Source: Botryllus schlosseri (lineage: Eukaryota). Taken from it: DNA of 64,000 nucleotides. The DNA lies in assembly GCA_051294905.1 (NCBI GenBank), contig CM119371.1:11348001-11412000 (forward strand), read 5' to 3'. The position numbers were made by a program, and so were the translations under genes. Positions 1-11,179 of this stretch are shown here, in pieces (position 1 is the stretch's first letter; every line of letters begins with the position of its first letter). The notes under the pieces were generated by a model. It saw only the letters and a list, made by a program, of their open reading frames with translations, made no database searches and was not told where the DNA came from.

Positions 1-365
1 TGGAAGATAATGTTGAAGTTACCAAGTATTCCGGCAGGGTCATATGTCGTATGCCGTTTAAAAGGGTATGCAATGAACTCGCAATGAAGTGCAATTGATG
101 TACAGATTTACTGTACTTCGGCAGGCCGTATTATTGCAAGCGAAAAATAGCCATAATTGCAAATTATTTGCAACTTCTGACGGAGGTATACTGCACCACC
201 GCAACGAATCTTAATGGATTGAGGATTTATTGGAGCGCATTAATCGTTGAAGTCGGTTTAAAATGTTCGGCCTGGATATCATTGTACATATTGAAAGAGT
301 CACAGGAATTGATTGTATCATTGGATTGAATATTCTGACATCACAACTTCAGTCGTTTTGGTGCA
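1..365. repeat. Inverted copy of the internal sequence of the hAT-type element at 16634-17493
   Basis: 1-365 aligns closely with the reverse complement of about 16810-17174; it runs off the left window edge. Confidence 0.85.
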
Positions 366-570
366 ACTCAGCAAACACAAAACCGTAAAAGGATCATCCG
401 GGATCATCTCGATTAGGTTCTGATTTTCTAAGTGTCGAGGGAATGTCTAAAATACGTAGTAGGATGGTCTTGTGGTTATATTCAATCAGAATAAATTCAT
501 ACTCGGTGTTGTTCCATCTCATGCATTAGGCTTCGTTATATCCGGTAGTTAACCTAATAATGCAAATTTT

Positions 571-784
571 CTATCTCTCGCTGGTATGACTAAAATACCT
601 AGAAAGGATGTCTTTGTCGGTACATTCAATCACGATGAATTCTATCCGGTTTTGTTCGATCTCATGCGGTAGCTTCATTCTATCCATTAGAAAACAATGT
701 TCTCCCTTCGTTTTATTGCGTGAGGATGTCACCGGTGTTGTATATTCGTGTTGTTGCTCTAAGGTCGAATAGTTTTGTTTTCCT
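571..784 (-). CDS. Candidate orphan terminal exon resembling a cytoplasmic tail (RGKQNYSTLEQQHEYTTP...)
   Basis: CAG acceptor at 785-787. The phase-2 reading is open to the stop at 571, starts basic and has two Tyr motifs. The pyrimidine tract is weak and no upstream partner exon is established. Confidence 0.3.
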
Positions 785-1390
785 CTGATATATATGATCT
801 TCATTATATATATATTCGCTCTTTCGGTAATCTCGCATGTTCAACGAGTATGGTTAATAGTTTTATTCAGAGAATAACTAAATAAGTGATATGTTGTACG
901 TTTAGGAATATGATTATCGATGCGTGACTTCTAGAATATTTCGGCGATTCAAATTTTACGTCATCGCGCCATACAAAGATTTGAAGCGCAACAGGTCGCA
1001 GCCAGGCATAGTTCGCTCTTTCTGTATGGTAAATGCCGTAAATATATAGGAATTGTGACTGACTGAGGTAGCGGGTTAAAGGTATATATGCAGTAGCATA
1101 TAGCTTATGGGGTATTTCGAATTGCCTGTAGTATATGACGCCTAGAGCTGTTTGACTTTCTGCAAAACAGGTGTAGACAACTATAGAAAAGTTTCAGCTT
1201 TTCCAGGTTAGAATTAGAGCTAAACCGTTTTTCCGAATTAGATTACAATTATATTGCTGGCATTTCGCTCTAATTTAGTGAAATTAGACCACTATAATTC
1301 GCTTCAAACATCTGAATTACCGGTACCTATACCTACGGTATATCATAATATTTATGCTTGAATTTTCTAGGTATATAAGTCATATAGATA

Positions 1391-2813
1391 CACTACAAAA
1401 AAAATTAGACAAATTTGGTCTCAAATTTAAGAAATGAGGATGATTTGGTCTCATTTTCAGCAATTTCAGTCTCACTGATGAATTGAGGTCTTAAAATTGA
1501 GACTGATTCAGCTGTATAAGACCATATATAATTGTCACAATTATTTGGTCTTGAAAATGAGACCAATAAAACGCATCTCATAAGACATATTGTGCTTATT
1601 AAGACAGTTTTTGATGTGTCAGTATTTTTGGTGTTGTTTTTGAGACAAATTTCGCTAATCAAGAAACGACATGATTTGTGGTCTTAAAAATGAGACCGGA
1701 AAGTTGACATGGGTCAGGAGTTCTAAGACATAACTAGCTCAATGAGACAATTTCTGATGTGTCAGTATTTTTGGTCTTGTTTTCAAGACAGATTTCGGTA
1801 ATCAAGTACCAACATGATTTGTGGTCTTAAAAATGAGACCGGAAAGTGGACATGGGTCAGGAGCTCTAAGACATAACAAGCTTATTGAGACAGTTTTTGA
1901 TGTGTCAGTATTTTTGGTCTAGTTTCTAAGACAAATTTCACTAATCAAGAAATGACATGATTTGTGGTCTTATAAATGAGACCGGAAAGTTGACATGGGC
2001 CAAGAGCACAAGACATAACTGGCTTTTTGAGACAGTTTTTGATGTGTCAGTATTTTTGGTCTTGTTTTTGAGTCGGATTTCGCTAATCAAGAAACAACAT
2101 GGTTTATGGTCTTGAAAGTGAGACCGGAAAGTAGACATGGGCCAAGAGCATAAAATTAGACAAATTTGGTCTCAACTCGTTTTTTTAGCAAAAATAGTCT
2201 TGAAGACCAATTAGTGTTACCAAGTACTTTCCGTCTCAAAAGTAAGACCCAACTTGATCGATAATAAAAGGACTGCTTTGGAGGCATCCTTTTCAATATT
2301 AGGTTCTGAGTGAAGGGGGAGAGTGAGAGAGACCATGGGACAATACTTATCTAAGGACTTGACAGACACAGCTAGCTTATCGAGATAATGTTTGATGTTT
2401 CAGTTTTTTTTGTTCTTGTTTTTAAGACGAATAGTGCAGTATTTTTGGTCTCATTTTACCCACTCACCATAAATGCTATTTTCGACTCAGACAACCATAT
2501 ATATATTGATCTGAATAGTACATGTGACTAGTGTACATGCATGTACCTTGATAACTATATATCTAGTGAATATCTTGTAAACTCCTTAGTACAGTATCAT
2601 CTCAACACTGCAAATTCTGGTCACTCTCATCCTTACCCTTCGCTCAGACCCCATCATTGAAAAAGATGGCCTCAAGGCACTGCTACTATTTTCAATCAAT
2701 TTGTGTCTTAATTTTGAGACATAAAGTACTTGGTAAGACTAAATGGTCTTCAAGACTTCTTTTTTGTAAAAAATCGATTTGAGACCAAATTTGTCTAATT
2801 TTTTTTTGTAGTG
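1391..2813. mobile_element. Non-autonomous CACTA/EnSpm-like DNA transposon
   Basis: Ends are CACTACAAAAAAAATTAGACAAATTTGGTCTCAA and its inverse ...TTGTAGTG, with TA on both sides (2-bp TSD). No credible ORF. Confidence 0.85.
1545..2150. repeat. Tandem array of about 143-bp units (about 4.3 copies) inside the CACTA element
   Basis: The GTCTT..AATGAGACC motif recurs at 1548, 1681, 1824, 1967 and 2109. Confidence 0.9.
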
Positions 2814-3204
2814 TACATTCCTGTAGAACACTGATTCATGATTTTATAAAAGTTGGTGCAAGAATGGACATTTTCAACTTGATGTTGATTAATGGAGCAA
2901 AATTTGATATTTGAGTGCAATTATACCTCGAATCCAGTGACAAGATTATTAATCGTTGAAACCAAACGCAGCTTGATTATGTTGGCCCAGAGAATTTGGC
3001 TAGCCAGACCATATTGATGGAATATGGTCACAGTAAGATAATATTTTGGGCTATTTTACATGAACTTTCCAACATTTGATTTGATATGTCCACTAAAACA
3101 GTTGTTATTCTGCTTTCGAATAAGACCTTAATTGCTGGTTTCAATGGTAACTGTGTTTGTCAAAGGCTGCAAAGGTAATTTCTTTTCCTTGTTAGATGTT
3201 TATT

Positions 3205-4377
3205 TGTTTGTTTGTGGTGTTCATGGTGGTGGTTCGACTACACTGGTCATTTTACACCAGGCCGGTTCTTATTATTATTATTCCGTATCTGCCCGATTAC
3301 CAGTGAACTCGGCACTTAGTGAATTCGGCCGCACAAACTCGGCACTTGGTGAATTCGGCCGTGGTAGATCTCGTAGCGGTACCGGTCACCATGATTGGTT
3401 ACTGGAATGTTTGCCGGTGAACTTGGCACTTTGAGTGGTTGTCAATGTTGTACGGCGGTCAGGGCATGCGTAGATCACACAGTCACGGCGTGATTAGATC
3501 ACAGATTGCGTAATTGCGGGAAATAACGCGACGCTCTTCACTTGGTGAACTCGGCCATTGGAGGAATTGGCACTAGAACACCTTCGCATTAGAAATGCAT
3601 TTAGTATGAATGAACAGTATCAAAAAGGAAATTTAAACGTGTCGTGGCTCGTGGTAGATCTCGTAATCTTGGGATCCTTCAACCGTGTTATCGAGACACC
3701 CTAATCCCAGAGTGGAATCGTCTCTCCAAAGGCAAAAAATAATTTATTTTGACGTGATCATGCGAAACATTTGTTGATGAGGAACACTGGCTTGTCGTGA
3801 TCGATAAACGAAGAAGCGCCGCTTGATGTTCCACAGTTTTGATCTCACATACAACGCCAAGATCCATCTTCTCAAAACTTACACGACACAGGCCCGTGAC
3901 TCACGCCATCGATTCCAAGCAGACCGCGCGTGGTCGGTATATGAGCGCTGTGTTATTTCCCGTGGCTACGCAATCCGTGATCTAATCACGCCGTGACTGC
4001 GCGATCTACGGATGCCCTGACCTCCTTACAAGATTGACGAATCACTTGATAATACTATTATTAGTTTGATAATTCATATTAATAGCTGTAAATACACTTC
4101 ATTTCAAAATTTCCCGAGGGCCGAATTCACCAAGTGCCGAGTTTGTGCGGCCGAATTCACCAAGTGCCGGGTGCATCGGCAACCATCTGCCCACTTACAG
4201 CACGGCCCACTCCTAGGCTTTTTAAGACATGGCTATGCGAATCAGATGGCGAGGAGGAGCCTAGATAAACGGCCAACACTTCGGTAGGAATTATGGAGTC
4301 GACGTGTCACGCTCGAACCCGCAATTCATTGGTGTTTAGCTATAATGGAACGTACCACTACGTTTCCTCGCCATACC
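3205..4377 (-). mobile_element. tRNA-derived SINE (family 1) split by a DNA transposon
   Basis: 3205-3294 and 4185-4377 join into a sequence matching the intact copy at 30642-30915. Confidence 0.8.
3295..4184. mobile_element. Non-autonomous TIR transposon (Mutator/Merlin-like, superfamily uncertain)
   Basis: Perfect 8-bp TSD ATCTGCCC (3287-3294, 4185-4192). TIRs are built from repeated AACTCGGCACTTGGTGAATTCGGCC. An inner inverted repeat lies at about 3460-3530 and 3950-4020. A solo end is at about 44705-44745. Confidence 0.85.
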
Positions 4378-5245
4378 TTGTAAAATGAGACCGTAGCATT
4401 TGGCATTTCGTGTGGCAATTGACTTTTGTGTGGAAAATTGTGTTCGTTTTAGAACTTATCCGAAACTTTTATTCCGCCATAGATTGTATATGATAAAACA
4501 ATATCGGAATTGATCCTAGAAGAATTCCAAAGCAACTCACCACAAAGGAGGATTTAAAGAAGTTTGATGGAAAATTGAATGAAAGCAAAAGCCTTTGCAA
4601 GAGATGTGGTATGTTGAATCTGTTTTGGTATTTTTAAATAGGCCTACTTTGTTGTGCCGATAGCAGACAGTATATATAAACGTAAGATGTGGAAGCTATC
4701 AAGGTGTTTTTAGAAATTCAGTCAGTCAAAGTGGACGATCGTATTGCTTGGATTATATTTAGGCTTATTTTAGCATCCTTGAGATGCAACTCTAAACGTG
4801 GACGGTCATGAACAGTAGGGCTCTTCAAAAATGACTTTTTTTCTCAAATCGTACTGGCTACTTGATAAAATTGTTAGGTTACCTAATTTAAGCCTACAAA
4901 CAAAATATGGTTCAAATCCAGCCAGTATCCGCTTTGCTACAAGAGAAGAAAGTTCCTATTTATTAAATAAAAATGAATAATAAAAAATTTGAAGATTTTC
5001 TGTTAACCCCATGAAAGTGTTAGGCTGTCTATAGAAACGATGCTCACCAAATTTGGTTCAATTCCAACCAGTGGAAGCGGAGTTATTGCTGTCGAAAAAT
5101 TTGGATTTTAATAAAATAGTACTTACGGTGAGCACAACTTTAACCCTTTGTGATCGGCCGGCCTACTGACCAAAATTTTACAGCATCCATGAAAATCCCG
5201 ATAAAATGCCATCCATAGGGCTTAAATTGACGCCTAATATATTGC

Positions 5246-7332
5246 CATAGTGTCCTATATGGTGTCGACACAAGCAAATCGCACGGTTCAATGAAATTGT
5301 ATCACGTCACAGTTTCCATTTGGCTACAGGCAATTTGACGGTGATTTTTGAGCGACTTGCCGAGCATTAAATTTGACGAATCGGGTATCAATCGAAAGCT
5401 GACTCTGCACTGATTACGAAAATATAAATTTTATTCCGCTCGCGGCCCTGGAGCCCCCACAATCAGCCCCCAATTATCCATTGTCGAGTAGATTGGCAGT
5501 GTGACGCAACAATGCTGTCTGGCGAAACGAGAGACTAGCTCAAGAGCAAGGATGCGGCCGAGCGACGAGAGTGGGATCAGCTGACGTCGCGGCAATAGCG
5601 ATGTGCAAACGCGCCACAGAGAAACGATGCGCTGTTGATACTTTTTCTATGCGTTTCGGTACAAGCGAGCACACACCAGCGTTTCCTTGACTTGTAAGGG
5701 TAAAACTGCGTCCACAGAATGTATTAGGGCCCTACCAATTTTCGCGCAATATCCTTCAGCTGATAAAGATATGTAGGCTACGTCTAAGTAGTCTACATTG
5801 GATATGTCAGATTATTATGATATCGATTGCCTTAGCCCGCTTGTTGTGTAGGGCTCCAGAGACACGTCGCGCTGTTGATGGCGGGTGTCGATACTTTCTA
5901 TAGTCGCTTTTATGGTTAAGTGTGAGCAAGGAGCATTGAGCATGAGCATACATTACAAGCTTTTATTTGATCCGTATGGGTAGAACTTGGTCCGCGAATG
6001 CAGCAGGTAAAATGTTGATTGTTGAATAAAGTTTAATAGCAGGAGTGTCGAATTAAACTGGTATCGCTGTCCAGCTTGCGGGCCATACCTGCCAAATGAT
6101 TCCAAAATGTTACCACCAAATTCAAACCTGTTTTTCATTGGAATATATCTGATATCACTATAAACGTTGACGTTGGAATTTGGTTTAGCATTTTTCAATC
6201 ACCAAATAGTTTTTTTGAATGCCGGGGACCTTTTGCGTCAAAAGTAATACAGTGGTATCACAGATATTTGAATTATATTCATTCTGTAGCCTGTATATAT
6301 ATTGCTAATGTAACCTACGTAAAACGGATTTGCAGTATTTTTTTCGCATCTGTGAATAACTGAATGTCCATTGTCCATTCGGCCCAACAGAGTTTGCACT
6401 TTTTCGCCTTCTCGGAATTTGGCAAGGTCACCGACGTGGTGCTTATGGGGACTAGAGTGAAAACTCAACACTGTAGTTGTATTACTACAATATGATATAT
6501 TTACATTATCTAAATTTGCTGTCTTGAGTGAATCTTATTACTTGAAAGTATATTTTTCTTACTAGAAATATCTCTAACAGCTGAAGGATTGCGCGAAAAT
6601 TGGTAGAAACCAAATACATTCTGTGGACCCAGTTCTACCATTGCAAGTCAAGGAAAGGCTGGTTTGTGCTCGCTTTTAGCGAAGCGCATAGAAAAGGTAT
6701 CAACAGCGCCACGCATCTCTGGAGCCCTACGCAACAAGCGGGCTAAGGCAATCGATATCAAAATAATCTGACATATCCATTGTAGACTACTTAGTCGTTG
6801 CCTACATATCTCTATCAGCTGAAGGATATTGCGCGAAAATTGGTAGGGCCCTAATACATTCCGTGGACCCAGTTCTACCCTTACAAGTCAAGGAAAGGCC
6901 GGTGTGTGCTTGCTTGTACCGAAACGCATAGAAAAAGTATCAACAGCGCAGCGTTTCTCTGTGGCGCAGTTGCACATCGCTATTGCCGCGACGTCAGCTG
7001 ATCCCACTCTCGCCGCTCGGCCGCATCCTTGCTCTTGAGCTAGTCTCTCGTTTCGCCAGACATCATTGTTGCGTCACACTGCCAATCTACTCGACAATGG
7101 ATAATTGGGGGCTGATTGTGGGGGTTCCAGGGCCATGAGTGGAATAAAATTTATATTTTCGCAAGCAGTACAGCGTCAGCTTTCGATTGATACCCGATTC
7201 ATCAAATTTAATGCTCGGCAAGTCGGTCAAAAATCACCGTCAAATTGCCTGTAGCCAAATGGAAACTGTGACGTGATACAATTTCATTGAACCGTGCGAT
7301 TTGCTTGTGTCGACACCATATAGGACACTATG
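5246..7332. mobile_element. P-superfamily (Galileo-like) foldback element, non-autonomous
   Basis: About 630-bp near-identical TIRs starting CATAGTGTCCTATATGG. 7-bp TSD ATATTGC (5239-5245, 7333-7339). Confidence 0.8.
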
Positions 7333-8507
7333 ATATTGCCGTAAACCTGAAGTAGCCGCCTAGCGGACTGAGACACTCGCACGGCTCAGACGCGAGAGGG
7401 AATGGCGTTATGCGAGGAAATGTATTCAATTTTTTGATAATGGAATATTATTTCGTTTATCAATTTATCCTGACGTGATTCATATGGCTTCTATTGGTAT
7501 ATGACCACCTGATTTTTCTCCGCATGAATCTCTACGTTTCAACGAGCCATTACACGCTACTATAACGCTTCATAGCCCAGCGCTACGATATTGGAAAGAT
7601 AGAGAGGATAAGCATGACTCACGCGGCCGCCGCCGATAAGTAATCAATTACGTAATCGCGTATTCTCGCTGAAGGCAACGCGCGTGTCCAGTTCTACGAA
7701 ACATAATAGGCACTACCCTGGCGACATTGCCTAAGTTATATATCTCCTTGCTATTCAAGTGTTATCAGCTTCAGTTGGTTATTGTGTGTAACTTACAACT
7801 GCAATGAGGCAATCCAAGTGAACATATATTTGCTTATATCCTTTTTCGACACTGCCCATATGCGTTTGCGAATTCATTGTACAAGATACAATATTGCTTC
7901 ATTTCACATCGAATTGAACTGTCTTCTATAGCAGGAATGTTTTACGTATGATCAACACTATTCATATAAGTCAACAGTGACTTCCTATGCCATCTAAAAC
8001 AGACATAGGCTGCTTCTATGTGATGTTGTTATTACCGGCTTGGCTACCGAAATAGCCTAACTCGCACGCTTATTTGTTCAGTGTTAGGGCTGGTGTAGGT
8101 TGTCTTATACAAAACTAAGCTCCAAGATAAGGATATTGATGGATTTGCCTGAATAATGGCTAACTATATGTATAGTTTGCAATTGCCTGAAGAAATTATA
8201 CATCTGTCTGAAACCGCAACCAGCCAGGTGCTCTTACGCAGCCATGATTTTCACGTGGCAAGGTATTGCTTTCTTTCACGTCATTTGATACATCTTCTAC
8301 GTGCTAATCTTCGATATAAGGGCTTTCATACAATGGTATAAACTACAACAAGTCATGGAAGATAACTGTAATTGGTTATATGACGTCCAGAACGGAAGGT
8401 ACAATGGTTTACATTTCAGGCGTTCATTCAAGCGAACATCGTTACAAATTCAATTTTGCTGGTAACGTTTTTGCGTGTTCAATCTTCATTTCAAACAGGA
8501 TATACAT

Positions 8508-11179
8508 TAGGGTTGTTCAAAATTTGGAAAATGTTTGGAATTATGCGTGTCCATCGATTATTCTGTAGATTATTGTTAAAAAATAATAATGGGCTTGAAA
8601 GAAGCTCCCTGGAAAGCCGCTAACATTTGTCTAAATGCGTTTGAAAGTCGTCGTTGAAGAGTGGGCGGGCAACCGACAGCGGAGGCGGGCAATCATGAAA
8701 TCACGGTTCTTGATTGGGTAATCGGCTAAGCTTCACTGATTACTGCAACAGCTGACTCAGATTCGGAAGCCTCGCTTTACTAATTTGAAAGTCTGTTTTG
8801 CTGAGGTAGGTCTGTTATTAGCGGTTGTGGTTCTGTACATGCGCGTTGTGGGTTGATGAGTCATTAGTAGTACTGTAACACGTGTTCTTTGAATGCTTCA
8901 GAGTCGATAGGAGTAGTTAATGATTTGGAGCAACAATAGTGCAGTCATGGCAGAGGCAAAACGGCGAAAGATTGCACACATGCCGCAGCGAAGAACAAGA
9001 TCCAAATCTGAGCAGTACTTGGTCGGATATACTTGCGATTACATCTGTGGCTCGAGATTACCTACTATACGAGAAGTAATGAGTTTCTTGCTGCATCTGA
9101 AAGAGCATTGTCCTCAGTCAACCCCTACTCATGAACTATGTACTGTGGTGGTGGATGATGTAATGACAGTGTTAAAAATGGCGAGAATTGCGACAATGCA
9201 GAAATCACATGTGGTGCGATCTCTTCAAAACCTGCACGAAAGATGACGTGATCTGAAGAAGAATCCGAAACAGGAAAGTGATCCCAAGGGTAAGAGGAGA
9301 AAAGTCACTGATAATTTGGACAAGCTGTGGGATATTGGAAGTAGAGATGCCATAACAACAATAAAAATGACATTTATCTACCACATGAAAGAAAGCTTGA
9401 AGACATTGCATTTTATGAAGATCAACGGCAATCTCGCCAGTCAATAATGTTGGGAAGAGACAAAATTCTGGCTAAGACCTCAAAAAGAAAACAGCAGCTC
9501 TGCAGATCAAACTGTTGAAAACGTTTCACACGACTCAAGTTGTGACTATATTGTTTTAGCATCATCGTCATCTTCAAAAGAGGGTGACAGTTTGAGTTCA
9601 AGTTCTGACTATGATGTTGGACTTGGCACCTCGACCCAATCCATTAAACTGATGGCAGCTAAAAATATTATGAAAAATACGCATGTGTCCCAAGCTCTGG
9701 ATCGATTGCAAGTAGCCTAACTGACAACGATGCAACGATGCTGATGGGAGCATTTATTAGGGCTTGTGGAGGAGATATAGCCATGTTCTCCCTGTCAAGA
9801 TCTGCAACGAAGAGAGCCAGAGAAACAAATCGCCTGGAAATATCTCAGGACATTTTGGAAAAATTTGCATCGGTCGTGATGCAGAGATTCATCCAGGACA
9901 TGTTGAGTTACAAGGAACATGACGTACAAGTTTCCAAAGCTGCTTCACAAAAGCTTTTAAAGCGGTTTCCAAAGCTGCTTCACAAAAGCTTTTAAAGCAT
10001 GACTGGTATATCGCTGGAAACCGCTGTATATGCCTTGTTTTCGCCGAGTGAAAGCAATGAAACCCGAGAAAATATGGCAAATACGCTCCTGCAGGTAGAA
10101 CGAACTTCCAAGTTTCAGGAGAGGCCCGCCCTCGTTGAATGCAACATTACACATCAACAAGGACACTACGTTGTCTGATTTTATTGGGCCACAGTCGTGG
10201 TACATATTTGATGTTTTTGAATGCTCTGGGGCGTGGCTAGCTCAACCGGTTGATGTTTGGCCCTTATCAGATTCTTACACCAGAATGAGCTCCTACATCA
10301 GTTCTGTCAAAGTCGTTAATGATGCCGCAGAACGAGGTGTAAAGCTAAGCACAGACTATGCTGCAATCTTGACTGACAATGAACAACAAAGAGACAGTCT
10401 GCTTCAAGCTGTGGAACAGCATAGAAAGACACTTGGAAACAGCAGGAAGTCAACTCTAATCAAAAGCCTGTAATCTGCAACTTGTGCCTAACAATGCAAC
10501 ACTGATCTGCAACGTACTTTTTAATGTCTTTTGTAAATAGTGCTTTTCGCCTTCATTCAATTGTAAATAAAAAGTGTAATATGCGTTCGTTTATGGGTGA
10601 GACGTCGACTAGTCATAACAAGTAGGCTACTACTGAGATGTTGACTCCTGGTGGTAAATTTTTGAGTATCACTCACTGTCAGTAACTTTAGGAAAGGTTA
10701 AGGTAGCAAGATGCATGAATCTAGTTTATTCGTATCTCAACTAGCGAGAGCACCTGTGCAATAGATAGCACTATCTGCAGGTAGATATTAACTTAGGCGG
10801 CTTCAATGTTGTTCTATGGACTCTTGATGACAACATTAACAAAGGCAATATATCATGTCTGTAATGACACCAACAGAAACGACTGCACAACAGCACGCAA
10901 AAATCGTTACCAGCAGTGTTCACAAAGTCGGTCTTTCAGCCAATCATTAGCTTATTATTACCGGCTTCAACCAATCAGGATTAATGGTTTCTCTTTGCCC
11001 GCCCACTTCATCAATTCCCCGCCCACTCTGCGACGGCTACTTTCAAACGCATTTAGACAAATATTACCGGCTTTTCTGCGAGCTTCTTTCAAGCCCATTA
11101 TTGTTTTTTAACAATAATCTACAGAATAAGCGATGGACACGCAGAATTCCAAACATTTTCCAAATTTTGAACAACCCTA
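8508..11179 (+). mobile_element. hATm DNA transposon, internally deleted
   Basis: About 230-bp TIRs starting TAGGGTTGTTCAAAATTTGG. Perfect 8-bp TSD ATATACAT. Contains transposase remnants. Confidence 0.9.
8947..10473 (+). pseudogene. hATm transposase pseudogene
   Basis: N-terminal GSRLPTIREVMSFL and C-terminal VKVVNDAAERGVKL...LLQAVEQHRK motifs typical of hATm transposases. Broken by stops and frameshifts, and too short to contain the full catalytic core. Confidence 0.85.

Noticed and set aside
1545..2150. Regularly spaced palindromic repeats resembling a CRISPR array
   Set aside because: Whole 143-bp units repeat with no unique spacers, there are no cas genes, and the context is eukaryotic inside a CACTA element.
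5953..6471. ORFs in the foldback spacer as a THAP/P transposase
   Set aside because: No C2CH THAP motif or transposase signature is recognisable.
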